Assembly: GCA_016784355.1 (NCBI GenBank)
Contig: JADHUV010000009.1
Location: 8,746 to 72,745, forward strand
Direction: 5' to 3'
Length of the DNA: 64,000 nucleotides
Source: Nitrospira sp.
GTDB lineage: Bacteria > Nitrospirota > Thermodesulfovibrionia > UBA6902
Position numbers and translations under genes: made by a program. Numbering within the stretch: position 1 is the first letter of the stretch; each line of letters starts with the position of its first letter. Below are positions 18,338 to 28,041 of this stretch, piece after piece. A model generated the notes under the pieces. That model made no database searches. It saw only the letters and a program-made list of their open reading frames with translations, and had not been told where the DNA came from.

Positions 18338-20136
18338 TATTTCAGCCTTTCCAATCTCTCAATCACTTTTTTTAACTCTGTCAGGGACTTTCTCATTGTC
18401 TCCCCTGTTATGGTCGCAGAAGCGTATCTGGCCAAATCACATTGATCCAGTATTGCCTGCAGTTTCTGCATGGTTTCAGTATCAACATCTCTGCCTTGCA
18501 GGATTACTGGTGCTGACTCTGCAGTGATGCCAGCAGATACTATATTAAAACGGTCGCTGATATAGTCCTTTATTATGCTGAAAACAGAGTCATGAAATTC
18601 CGCCGTCATGTTTTTATCAATGAATTTGGCAGCCTCCTTTATGCTAGCCGCAGCCTGATCCGGTGCCTTGAGTCTCCGGGCATATCCGGTGTTATTTTTG
18701 AGGCGCTCAATCTTTTTCCGGTAGAAATAAAATGCGGCCAGGGCGATTAAGGCAGTCAGGTGAATACCGAGATATAGAGGGCTGTTATAAAGGTATTGTC
18801 CGGTTTTCCTTATATCTCCCGGTGACTCCTTGATATAGATAATATCGCGACCGATAGAGTCTTCTGCTGTGCGCTGTACAGTATCCTTCTGGGAATCTAC
18901 TATAACAGCCCTCTTACTGCCCACGGTTTTCGCAACATTTACAGAGAAAGGGCCTCTGACGATTGTCTCGTATTGTGAAGATGCAGGGTTGAAAAAGCTG
19001 AACCTGGCCTCAGGCAGGGCGGTAACTTCATGCGACAGCGGTATAAAAATCTGTTCAAATATTTTCGTGTTTCCGTCCTGCGTGACCTGTGGATCGTAGA
19101 CTTTTATATTGTCCGGTATTTTAATCAGGGGTGAAGTTACGGAAGTAGAATTACCGTTTCCGCTTATGCTGATTTTCATAGTAATCGGATCTCCTGTATT
19201 GACCGAGGCAGGGGAGATGCCTGCCTCCATGCTGAACCTGCCTACTGCGCCGTCGAATCCCTCGGGTCGGTCCTTTTCAGGGAGAGGCAGGACAGATATA
19301 GAGATCCTTTCCGTTGTCAGTTCAATCGGTTCTGCTTCTGACCGCCCGAAAAGATCATTCATGGGATCATTGCCGAAAAAATCATCCAGAGGTGAGCGTC
19401 CGCGCCCCTGGCGTTTTACTATTATACTTGCGCCAAGAACAGCCGGGCCAAGATCAAGAGTGCCTGTCTTGGTAGCATAAAACGTAGTATTGAACTCAAC
19501 TACATCATAGATAACCCCATTTTTTCTCTCCTGGTACTGCCTGGGCTTTCCGAGCTCTTCTACTGAAAAGCCTTCGTATTTAAGCTCCGGATATCTTATA
19601 TTGCGTACACTCAGACCATTTACATAAAGTTTTATTTTCAGGGGGATTTCTTCGTTAATGTAGAGCTCTGTCTTTTCCGGTTCCATAACAAGAAAGATGC
19701 GGTCCTGTGCCGCCTGGTTAGTGCTGCCGCTGCCAGGTGCTGCCAAGCTGGAGACCTCTACTTTCAGGGCATTTGAGGTAAAGGTATCGTTATTGTGTTT
19801 AAAGGAGAAGGGCCCTATAGCAAAGATACCTGTTTTCAGTGCCACTAGCCTGTACATATAGGTTATTGAGGATGTCATTTTACCGTTTACTATTGACATC
19901 TCAGTTGAGGGACCGAGGTATCGGGAGCTAAAACCCTCTATGTCCGGAAGCTCTATCACCGGGACATCGCGAATCTTGTCAAATTTAAAATTGAGCTGTA
20001 TTGCATCTCCCGTCTGAATTATATTTCTGTTTGCGCTTATCTGAAATGCCACATCCTCAGAAAAGGCTGTTGCAGATATCAAAAATATATATAGAAAGAT
20101 AAATATCGTTTTTTTATATTCAGCTATTAATTTCAT
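18337..20136 (-). CDS. BatD-like oxygen-tolerance protein
   Basis: Signal peptide, a large beta-rich ectodomain and a single TM helix near residue 460. Its position between the BatC-like and BatE-like genes fits. Confidence 0.6.
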   Translation of the reverse strand: MKLIAEYKKTIFIFLYIFLISATAFSEDVAFQISANRNIIQTGDAIQLNFKFDKIRDVPVIELPDIEGFSSRYLGPSTEMSIVNGKMTSSITYMYRLVALKTGIFAIGPFSFKHNNDTFTSNALKVEVSSLAAPGSGSTNQAAQDRIFLVMEPEKTELYINEEIPLKIKLYVNGLSVRNIRYPELKYEGFSVEELGKPRQYQERKNGVIYDVVEFNTTFYATKTGTLDLGPAVLGASIIVKRQGRGRSPLDDFFGNDPMNDLFGRSEAEPIELTTERISISVLPLPEKDRPEGFDGAVGRFSMEAGISPASVNTGDPITMKISISGNGNSTSVTSPLIKIPDNIKVYDPQVTQDGNTKIFEQIFIPLSHEVTALPEARFSFFNPASSQYETIVRGPFSVNVAKTVGSKRAVIVDSQKDTVQRTAEDSIGRDIIYIKESPGDIRKTGQYLYNSPLYLGIHLTALIALAAFYFYRKKIERLKNNTGYARRLKAPDQAAASIKEAAKFIDKNMTAEFHDSVFSIIKDYISDRFNIVSAGITAESAPVILQGRDVDTETMQKLQAILDQCDLARYASATITGETMRKSLTELKKVIERLERLK

Positions 20137-20171
20137 CTTACGCCCTGATTCATTTTGAGATAGTCACTGTC

Positions 20172-21014
20172 TTACCAGTCCTTTGCAACTTCCGGATAAA
20201 TTGCAGAGGTATTTTTTTCCAGGTTTCTATCCTCTTCTTTGCCAAACGCTTCAAGCAGTGCCTTGGCCTCATCCGGAGTCATTTGGTCAATTTCTTCTGC
20301 CTGCTCCCCGCTGCCCGTATCTTCTTTCCCGGCCTCATCTCTCTTGGCTGATTTATCATCGGCCTTTTCCTGCTGCTGAGAATCTTCGGAAGGATCCTTC
20401 TTCTCCTCCTCCCCGTTATCCCTTTGTTTTTCCTGATCGGCAGATTCCTGTTGTTCTTTTTCCTGATCTTTCTTGTCGGAATCTTTCTGCTCGTCATCTT
20501 GTGGCGGTTGGCTTTTCAGCTTTTCCATGAGCAGTTTCAACTCCTGCTCTACCAGCTCATAATTATACATGGCATCGGTGTTTTTCTGGTTAAGTTCGAT
20601 AGAGCGTTTGTAATAATCCAGTGCCTCGCCGTAAAATTCAAGAGCGGCCTTTGGGTCGCTTTCGGCAAGGCTGCTTCCGAGATTATATTTTGCATTGGCT
20701 ATGTTGTACGAGGCTTGCTCCTCAACGGATATGTTTTCTGTATTCAGGGCAAGGGTAAAGGCCTCGATGGATTCTTTTAGCTGACCTTTTCTATACAGGG
20801 CTGTCCCAAGGTTGAAATTTATGATCTCCGGGTCAGATTCTTTTATTCGGGCAGACTCGTACATGCTTATGGCTTGATCATAGTTTTCATTCTTGTAATA
20901 ATCATTGCCTCTTTTTACATCACTTGCGGCAGAGGCCGCGAGGCAGTTAGCAGGCGCAAAGGCTGCCAGTATAATGAAAAGCAGTGCGAATATTAAATTA
21001 AAGATCATGATCAT
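20172..21014 (-). CDS. BatC-like TPR protein with an acidic low-complexity C-terminus
   Basis: Signal/TM segment, TPR repeats and a long D/E/K/Q-rich tail. Confidence 0.6.
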   Translation of the reverse strand: MIMIFNLIFALLFIILAAFAPANCLAASAASDVKRGNDYYKNENYDQAISMYESARIKESDPEIINFNLGTALYRKGQLKESIEAFTLALNTENISVEEQASYNIANAKYNLGSSLAESDPKAALEFYGEALDYYKRSIELNQKNTDAMYNYELVEQELKLLMEKLKSQPPQDDEQKDSDKKDQEKEQQESADQEKQRDNGEEEKKDPSEDSQQQEKADDKSAKRDEAGKEDTGSGEQAEEIDQMTPDEAKALLEAFGKEEDRNLEKNTSAIYPEVAKDW

Positions 21015-21021
21015 TTTTCAT

Positions 21022-22047
21022 TTAAAAGTTTAGCCTGTGCTGCTGATCTGCAGGCCCCCTCTCGCTTATAAACAATTCCAGGCATAGCAGTATTAAGGCA
21101 AAAATAAGCAGGATCTGGAAGCGGTCCTCATATTGTTTGGCCATTTTATTTTCAATATCTCTCTTTTCTATCTTAGAGAGTTTTTCATCATATAGAAGCT
21201 CCAGTCCGAATTCTGTTGAGGTGGCCCGGATATAACTGCCCCCGGTCTTCAGCGCGATGCTTTTAAGCGTAGCCTCATCAAGACGGGTTTTTACTACATT
21301 TCCGCTGCGGTCTTTAAGGAATGTCTGTTGCCCCTGACTGTTAATGATAGGGATAAGTTCTCCGTCTGCAGAGCCTATGCCTATCGTATATATCTTTAAG
21401 CCATCTGCACCGGCCTTCTCAGCCATCTCGATCGGCTTGCCCCCATGGTCTTCCCCGTCCGTTATAATGATAAGGATTTTATTTTCCTTGATGCCGCCTT
21501 CGTAACTTTTCATCGCTGTCTCTATAGCACTTGTTATAGAAGTACCTCCTTTTGGGATGGTTCCGATATTCAGGTCGTCCAATGACAACATGAACCCATT
21601 GTAGTCTGCGGTAAGAGGCGCCTGCAGAAAGGAACTTCCGGCAAAGGCAATCAGGCCTATTCGGTCGCCTCTGAGTCGTTTTATGAAATCTTTAACGGCA
21701 AGTTTTGAGCGCTCCATCCTGCTGGGCTTTACATCTGTTGCCAGCATGCTTTTTGAGGTATCAATGGCTATTATTATATCGAGACCGCTTCTTTTGACCT
21801 CACGCCACTGAAAGCCCCACTGCGGACGGGCAAGGGCTATTATCATAATCACAATGGCGCACACCGTAAGTGATATTTTTATTGCCTGTCTCCGCTCGCT
21901 TAATGATATGATGAGATGCCGCAGCAGTGAGCTTTCAGCAAATCTCTGAAGATCTGCGGCTCTTTTTCTACGGGCCCAGAATAAAAAAGCCAGCAGTGCT
22001 GCAATGCCCCATATGAAATGCATGGAATCAGGGCTGGCGAATTTCAT
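21022..22047 (-). CDS. VWA-domain protein (BatB-like)
   Basis: N-terminal TM helices and the MIDAS motif IIAIDTSKSM. Confidence 0.8.
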   Translation of the reverse strand: MKFASPDSMHFIWGIAALLAFLFWARRKRAADLQRFAESSLLRHLIISLSERRQAIKISLTVCAIVIMIIALARPQWGFQWREVKRSGLDIIIAIDTSKSMLATDVKPSRMERSKLAVKDFIKRLRGDRIGLIAFAGSSFLQAPLTADYNGFMLSLDDLNIGTIPKGGTSITSAIETAMKSYEGGIKENKILIIITDGEDHGGKPIEMAEKAGADGLKIYTIGIGSADGELIPIINSQGQQTFLKDRSGNVVKTRLDEATLKSIALKTGGSYIRATSTEFGLELLYDEKLSKIEKRDIENKMAKQYEDRFQILLIFALILLCLELFISERGPADQQHRLNF

Positions 22048-22075
22048 CGTTGGTCTCCCGGGCAGGTAGTGTGCA

Positions 22076-23071
22076 TTATGGCAATCTCCGTAACACAGTA
22101 TTTTTTAATATCATTTCCGCAATGAGCAGCAGTATTCCGGGAATAAGGAACAAGTGAAATATTTCACCGTAAACAGCATAGCCCTCTTCCTCGATATCTG
22201 TTTTTTCCATTTCATCTATCTCTTTGTATATCTCTCTCAGGGAATCTGTATCTGTCGCGCGAAAGTATCGGCCATTGGTCTTGTCGGCCACCTGCATGAG
22301 GATTTCTTCATCTACATCGATCCTCACATTTTTGTATATTGTCCTGCCGAAGGCACTCTTTACGGGGTAGGGTGCAAGGCCTCTGGTTCCGGCTCCTATA
22401 GTATAGACCTTTATGTTTAATGCATTGGCAGCCCCTGCCGCTGTGAGAGGTGAGATCCTGCCGGAATTATTTCTGCCGTCTGTCAACAGGATAACAACTT
22501 TGCTTTTTGCGGTGGAATCTTTGAGCCGGTTCAGGGCCGAACTCAGGCCGGAACCTATGGCGGTACCATCCTCAATCATCCCGGTTTCTATACGCTGCAG
22601 GTTTTGTATGAGCCAACTGTAATCAAGTGTCAGCGGAGCGACAGTATATGCCCTGGATGCAAATGCAACTATGCCTATGCGGTCACTGTAGCGATTGCCA
22701 ATGAATTCCTTTACCACTTCTTTTACAGCGCTCAGCCGGTTGGTCCGTCTGCCCTCAAGCTTGAAGTCTTCGGCCAGCATGCTTGTAGAGGTATCTATGG
22801 CCAGCACTATATCAATACCCTCAGCCTCTATCTTGGCATCCTCCAGCATTTCCTGCGGGCGGGCAAGAGCGATAACTATCAGCAGCAGGGCAAGTATACG
22901 TACGACTATAAGGCTTTTAGCCGTTCTGGTTCTCAGGGTTTGTCCCAGACCTTTAAACATCTTCCCGGAGGGAAAGAGAAGCGCCGGGTGATTTGTCTTT
23001 GTCCTGCTGTATATGCTCAGCGCAAGTACGACAGGTAGAAATAGCAGAAGCCAGGGATCATTGAAATGCAT
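22076..23071 (-). CDS. VWA-domain protein (BatA-like)
   Basis: N-terminal TM helices, MIDAS motif VLAIDTSTSM and a C-terminal TM helix. Confidence 0.8.
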   Translation of the reverse strand: MHFNDPWLLLFLPVVLALSIYSRTKTNHPALLFPSGKMFKGLGQTLRTRTAKSLIVVRILALLLIVIALARPQEMLEDAKIEAEGIDIVLAIDTSTSMLAEDFKLEGRRTNRLSAVKEVVKEFIGNRYSDRIGIVAFASRAYTVAPLTLDYSWLIQNLQRIETGMIEDGTAIGSGLSSALNRLKDSTAKSKVVILLTDGRNNSGRISPLTAAGAANALNIKVYTIGAGTRGLAPYPVKSAFGRTIYKNVRIDVDEEILMQVADKTNGRYFRATDTDSLREIYKEIDEMEKTDIEEEGYAVYGEIFHLFLIPGILLLIAEMILKNTVLRRLP

Positions 23072-23880
23072 CAGTCCTCACCCCTGCCTTTTGCACCCGT
23101 CTCCACAACGAGATGTTCAGCCGAGTCATAACTGCTGCGAATCTCGTCTTCCCCGGGCTGATGTTTAGCAAACTTAACCATATCGCATTGAACAAGAAAC
23201 TCACTCAGCAGTCCCTTATGTGCAGGCTTAAGCTGGTGGGCATTTTTCAGGTGAACAAGAAACTCTTCAGTCGTCATTTCAGGGGCCTTGAAATAAAAAC
23301 GATCCTCCAGGTAGTGCCTGACTATATCTGAAAGCTCGACATAAAACTCCTGCACCCTGCCGCTAGTGATATAGTCTTTTTCCATTAAAACTTTTAAGGA
23401 TTCCAGAGCTGTTTCATGCGGGGGAGGCGGTACGATTATCGGCTCTCCTGCATATTTTTTCTTTCTCAGCATGAAATAAATGATCAGGGCAATGATAAGT
23501 GCTGCAATAGCAAGGATAATATAAATATAACTGAGATCCCGTAAGGAAAGAGGCGGTTTGATATCTTTCAGCAGGGGTGTACCCTCAGTTGCCTGTAGCA
23601 GGCTGGTAACTGTTATATCGATATCAGGCAGGGTAGTTTTCTGCCATGTCTCGCTGTCTTTTTTGCGGAACCTGACGGTATGGCCTTTTAAGGTGTATGC
23701 GGCCGGCTTGAAAGTGCTCATCATATACCAGGCACGATGGGTCTTGGTGAACAGACCGTTGACCGAACTGCCGGATTTATTTATCTCAAGTCCTGCATCC
23801 TGATCTTCAGGCTCCTGAAATCTGATCTCATAACTTCTCGGGGCCGTGACCTCTATTGTATAAGTGATGAGCTCGCCCAC
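23071..23880 (-). CDS. Membrane protein of the Bat/MoxR operon (BatD-N-like ectodomain plus one TM helix); the true N-terminus is probably further upstream
   Basis: Central TM helix IYIILAIAALIIALIIYFML. The same frame is open for 44 more codons upstream, and these encode a signal-peptide-like stretch (see findings). Confidence 0.5.
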   Translation of the reverse strand: MGELITYTIEVTAPRSYEIRFQEPEDQDAGLEINKSGSSVNGLFTKTHRAWYMMSTFKPAAYTLKGHTVRFRKKDSETWQKTTLPDIDITVTSLLQATEGTPLLKDIKPPLSLRDLSYIYIILAIAALIIALIIYFMLRKKKYAGEPIIVPPPPHETALESLKVLMEKDYITSGRVQEFYVELSDIVRHYLEDRFYFKAPEMTTEEFLVHLKNAHQLKPAHKGLLSEFLVQCDMVKFAKHQPGEDEIRSSYDSAEHLVVETGAKGRGED

Positions 23881-23995
23881 ATTGGCGGAGTGTTTATCGA
23901 CGGTTGCTGTTATCGCAGGTACGGCAGGCTCTTCGGCGTAGAGGTTACCGATAAAAATAAGGAGCAGACAGAGTATCAGGGGCGCAGTTTTTATC

Positions 23996-24871
23996 TCACA
24001 CCCGCCTTTCCCTCATTCTGAAAAAAGAGTAGAGGGCACGTGTGTAGGGTTCATCCGTTTTCACAGCAATATGGTCTACATTGACTGAACGGAAGAGCGC
24101 CTGTCGCTCCTGAACCATCCTGGCCGCATTTGCCTCAAACCGGGTTCTGACGGCCTTATTTGAAGTATCGACAAGAAATCGTTTTCCTGATTCGGCATCT
24201 TCAAGCTCGGTTAAGCCCATATTCGGCAGGCTCAATTCCCTTGGATCGGTCACCGAAACAGCTATAAGGTCATGTCGTTTATTGGCGATTGAGAGGGCTT
24301 TTTTAATATCCTCGGTATAAAAGTCAGAGATTATAAAACATATGGATTTTCTGCTGGTAGTACGATTGAGATACTCCAGTGCCCCGGCTATGTCAGTGCC
24401 GGTACCTGTCGGCCTGAAATACAGCGCTTCCCTGATAATTCTTAATACATGACGCAGTCCTTTTTTTGGAGGAATAAATTGCTCTATGCGGTCTGTAAAG
24501 GATATCAGTCCTACCCTGTCGTTGTTTTTTATAGCGGACATGGCAAGAACTGAGCAGAGTTCTGCCGCCAGTCGGTTTTTCAGTCTATTTACGGTTCCGA
24601 ATGCTGACGATGCTGAGATATCAAGCAGGAGCATTATGGTCAGTTCCCTTTCCTCCATAAACTTTTTGATAAAGGGGTGACCGGTTCTAGCTGTTACGTT
24701 CCAGTCAATAGAGCGAATATCATCGCCGGGCTGGTATTCTCTGACCTCTTCAAACTCCATTCCATGTCCTTTAAACACGCTATGGTAATGGCCGGCAAAG
24801 ACATCTGTGGCCATACGGGAGGTAGTGATCTGAATCCGTCTTATGTTCTTCAGAATTTCTTTGGGTATCAT
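23996..24871 (-). CDS. DUF58-family protein (MoxR-associated, VWA-like)
   Basis: Conserved block EFEEVREYQPGDDIRSIDWNVTAR. It sits directly downstream of the MoxR ATPase gene. Confidence 0.8.
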   Translation of the reverse strand: MIPKEILKNIRRIQITTSRMATDVFAGHYHSVFKGHGMEFEEVREYQPGDDIRSIDWNVTARTGHPFIKKFMEERELTIMLLLDISASSAFGTVNRLKNRLAAELCSVLAMSAIKNNDRVGLISFTDRIEQFIPPKKGLRHVLRIIREALYFRPTGTGTDIAGALEYLNRTTSRKSICFIISDFYTEDIKKALSIANKRHDLIAVSVTDPRELSLPNMGLTELEDAESGKRFLVDTSNKAVRTRFEANAARMVQERQALFRSVNVDHIAVKTDEPYTRALYSFFRMRERRV

Positions 24872-24902
24872 ATTATATAGCGGAACCTGTCATAACAATG
24901 AA

Positions 24903-25898
24903 CTATGGAACTTCCACTTCATCAAAAATCTTTTTAATTATGTCATCAGAGGTTTTCTCTTCAGCCTCGGCCTCATAGCTGATAATTACCCTGTGCCGCA
25001 GGACATCGGGACCGATTGTTTTTATGTCCTGAGGTGTTACATAGCCGCGTCCCTGAATAAAGGCATAGGCCTTGGCCGCGAGGTTCAGGTTAATGGTTGC
25101 CCTTGTTGAGGCACCGTAGGATATGAGGCCTGCAAGATCCTTGAGGTTATATTTAAGGGGATCTCTTGTTGCAAAGACTATATCTAGGATGTACTTCTCA
25201 ATTTTTTCATCCATATATATCTCATTTACTACCTGTCTTGCCCTTTTTATATCATCTGGAGAAATGACCGGCAGGACCTCATTGGTTTTGTCTGTAAAGG
25301 CCATGCGCTTCATGATCTCATGCTCCTCCTCCATGGTCGGATAGGTGACGTTCAGTTTAAGCATGAAACGGTCAACCTGTGCCTCTGGAAGCGGATAGGT
25401 TCCTTCCTGTTCTATGGGATTCTGGGTCGCCAGAACTAAAAAGGGATCATCAAGCGGAAAGGTGTTTTCCCCAATGGTGACCTGGCGCTCCTGCATGGCC
25501 TCAAGCAGTGCGCTCTGAACCTTTGCGGGTGCTCGGTTAATCTCATCTGCAAGTATGATATTGGCAAAGATAGGCCCCTTTTTAGTGGTAAATGTACCGT
25601 CCTTGGGGTTGTATATGAGTGTACCGAGCAGATCAGCCGGAAGCAGATCAGGGGTGAACTGAAGCCTCTGAAAACTGGTATTTAAAGCCCCGGCCAGGGT
25701 TTTTACTGAGAGGGTCTTGGCCAGACCAGGCACTCCTTCTATCAGGACATGGCCGTTTGCCAGTACTGCGACCAGGAGTCTTTCTATAAGATACTTCTGT
25801 CCTACTATTACTTTTTCCATCTCTGAGACAAGTGCATGTACAAAGGAACTCTCCTGACGCACCTTCTCGTTTATTGCAAGTATTCCGGCATCAGCCAT
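24903..25898 (-). CDS. MoxR-family AAA+ ATPase
   Basis: Walker A LIEGVPGLAKT, Walker B ILADEINRA and the LATQNPIEQEGTYPLPEAQVDRF block. Confidence 0.9.
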   Translation of the reverse strand: MADAGILAINEKVRQESSFVHALVSEMEKVIVGQKYLIERLLVAVLANGHVLIEGVPGLAKTLSVKTLAGALNTSFQRLQFTPDLLPADLLGTLIYNPKDGTFTTKKGPIFANIILADEINRAPAKVQSALLEAMQERQVTIGENTFPLDDPFLVLATQNPIEQEGTYPLPEAQVDRFMLKLNVTYPTMEEEHEIMKRMAFTDKTNEVLPVISPDDIKRARQVVNEIYMDEKIEKYILDIVFATRDPLKYNLKDLAGLISYGASTRATINLNLAAKAYAFIQGRGYVTPQDIKTIGPDVLRHRVIISYEAEAEEKTSDDIIKKIFDEVEVP

Positions 25899-26078
25899 AT
25901 ACTGTTACCTCCTTGAAAATAATTATATATTGAGTACCTGCAGCAGTATTTAGCCGTCAGTGACATTATTTTAGTTCATTTTAAAAAAAGACGTATCAAA
26001 TTTCAAGAGAGGACTGTTTGACATAGGTCTGGCCATATTTTAAACTTCATAATAATTTCTGAGGATTATCTATACTTT

Positions 26079-26792
26079 ATGAATAAGTCTGTCAAAGACC
26101 CTGAAAAAATACAGTCCATGTTTTCTACTATTGCCGGACGTTATGACCTTCTGAACCGTGTGTTGAGTCTCGGGATAGACAGGTACTGGAGAAAGCTTGC
26201 AGTCAGGCAGTTAAAGGGAGGCCCGGATGCGCATTTTCTTGATGTTGCAACAGGCACGTGTGATGTTACTTTGGAGATTATTAAGCAGTGTCCGCCAGGG
26301 GTAAAGGTGACGGGCGTGGATTTCAGTGAGGGCATGCTCGAGTTTGGACGGGAAAAAATCATCAATGCAGGTCTGCAGGAGAGAGTAAATATACGTTTTG
26401 CTGATGTGACGGAGTTACCGTTTGAGGACGGCAGTTTCGACAGCTGTATTATTGCCTTTGGCATAAGAAACGTCCAGGATTATAAAAAGGGGATATCAGA
26501 GATGGCAAGGGTGGTTAAAAAGGGCGGTAAGGTCGTGATATTAGAATTTACGACTGCTCAAAACAAATTTTTAAAGATGCCGTATGAATTTTATATAAGA
26601 AGGGTTCTGCCGTTTATCGGCGAGTTGATATCTGGTAAAAAAGGTGCTTATAAATATCTGCCTGCATCAATGCTTGAGTTTCCGCCACCGGAAGAATTGA
26701 AGATGGCCATGGAAGAGACAGGCCTGAAAGATGTTGTTTTCAATAAACTGACATTCGGTATTACGGCTGTACATGTGGGCACGGTAGTATGA
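26079..26792 (+). CDS. ubiE: Demethylmenaquinone/ubiquinone C-methyltransferase
   Basis: Start of the UbiE family signature (FSTIAGRYDLLNRVLSLGIDRYWR) and the SAM motif LDVATGTCD. Confidence 0.85.
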   Translation: MNKSVKDPEKIQSMFSTIAGRYDLLNRVLSLGIDRYWRKLAVRQLKGGPDAHFLDVATGTCDVTLEIIKQCPPGVKVTGVDFSEGMLEFGREKIINAGLQERVNIRFADVTELPFEDGSFDSCIIAFGIRNVQDYKKGISEMARVVKKGGKVVILEFTTAQNKFLKMPYEFYIRRVLPFIGELISGKKGAYKYLPASMLEFPPPEELKMAMEETGLKDVVFNKLTFGITAVHVGTVV

Positions 26793-27439
26793 CCGATACT
26801 CTGGCAGTTTTGACAAAAGGTCTCGAAGAGCTTGGTATAAAGTGCAGTGAAGATCGTTTGCCTATGTTTGATACCTATCTTCTACAATTAAAAAAATGGA
26901 ACAAGACATATAACCTGACCTCTCTTAATAGAGATGCGGACATTGTTATTAAACACTTTCTGGATTCACTGCTGTACTTAAAGGTAATTCCGGCCGGTGC
27001 CTTAGTCATAGCAGATCTTGGAAGCGGCGCCGGATTTCCCGGTATTCCCTTGAAGATCGCCAGGCCCGAACTTGATATCACCCTGATAGAGCCGACAGGT
27101 AAGAAAGCAATTTTTCTGAGGCATGTTGTCCGGGAGCTGGGGCTGGAGGGTATTCAGGTGTGTCAGGAGAGAGTGGAAAATCTTGGAAGTGTTCATTTAA
27201 ATCACTATGACATTATGGTGACTCGTGCTACCTTCGGCCTTAAGGAGTATCTGGAGCGTGCATCTATATATATAAAGCCGGGGGGATTTCTTGTGGTAAG
27301 TAAGGGACCGGCGGTCGAGCAGGAGATAGAGGACTCGGGCGTTCAGGAGATGATAATGGAAATCCTGCCGGTTAATCTGCCGGTGACAGGGGATCATCGA
27401 AGGCTTATCAGCCTTTCCTGTGCTAAAATATCTTCATGA
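26789..27439 (+). CDS. rsmG: 16S rRNA (guanine527-N7)-methyltransferase RsmG
   Basis: KWNKTYNLTSL, IKHFLDSL and DLGSGAGFPGIPLKI blocks. Start and stop codons overlap with both neighbours (ATGA junctions). Confidence 0.8.
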   Translation: MTDTLAVLTKGLEELGIKCSEDRLPMFDTYLLQLKKWNKTYNLTSLNRDADIVIKHFLDSLLYLKVIPAGALVIADLGSGAGFPGIPLKIARPELDITLIEPTGKKAIFLRHVVRELGLEGIQVCQERVENLGSVHLNHYDIMVTRATFGLKEYLERASIYIKPGGFLVVSKGPAVEQEIEDSGVQEMIMEILPVNLPVTGDHRRLISLSCAKISS

Positions 27440-28041
27440 AATCTTATGTAGTTGCCCTCTCAGGTGCGAGCGGAGCTGTACTGGGAGTACGGCTTGTAAG
27501 GGAGCTTCTGGCCTCTGGATGCAAGGTATATATCTGTCTTTCCAGGCAGGCCTTTTTTATTCTAAATACCGAGGCTGGAATTGATTGGGCCGGTTCTTCA
27601 ACTGCTGAGAGCGAAGAGAAAATAAGGGCGCATTTTGGTTCGGATAATATCTATTATTTCAGTGACACTGATCTGGCAGCTCCTTTTTCAAGCGGGTCCT
27701 TTATTACAGGCGGGATGTTCGTAGTTCCATGTTCAATGAAGACCCTTTCCGGAATTGCTCATGGTTACGCCAGTAACTTAATTGAAAGGGCGGCGGATGT
27801 GACTATTAAGGAGGGACGCAAACTCATCATTGCCCCTCGTGAGATGCCGTTTAGTGCCATACATCTGGAAAATATGCTTAAGCTTGCTCGGATTGGAGTC
27901 ACTGTTGCCCCGCCTGTTCCGGCCTTTTATCAGGGTCCTGAGCATATTGAAGACATCATTAGTTTTATAGTGGGAAAGCTGCTTGACAGTGCAGGAGTAA
28001 AAAATAATTTGTTTAAGCGCTGGAATCAGGAAAAGCGTTGA
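27436..28041 (+). CDS. ubiX: Flavin prenyltransferase UbiX
   Basis: N-terminal SGASGAVLGVRL, PCSMKTLSGIAHG and the RERKLIL-type block (KEGRKLIIAPREMP). Confidence 0.85.
   Translation: MKSYVVALSGASGAVLGVRLVRELLASGCKVYICLSRQAFFILNTEAGIDWAGSSTAESEEKIRAHFGSDNIYYFSDTDLAAPFSSGSFITGGMFVVPCSMKTLSGIAHGYASNLIERAADVTIKEGRKLIIAPREMPFSAIHLENMLKLARIGVTVAPPVPAFYQGPEHIEDIISFIVGKLLDSAGVKNNLFKRWNQEKR

Noticed and set aside
20279-20530. Highly biased GA-rich DNA with overlapping ORFs in several frames inside the BatC-like gene.
   Set aside because: It encodes the acidic D/E/K/Q tail of the TPR protein. The alternative-frame ORFs (72, 115 and 118 aa) are composition artefacts.
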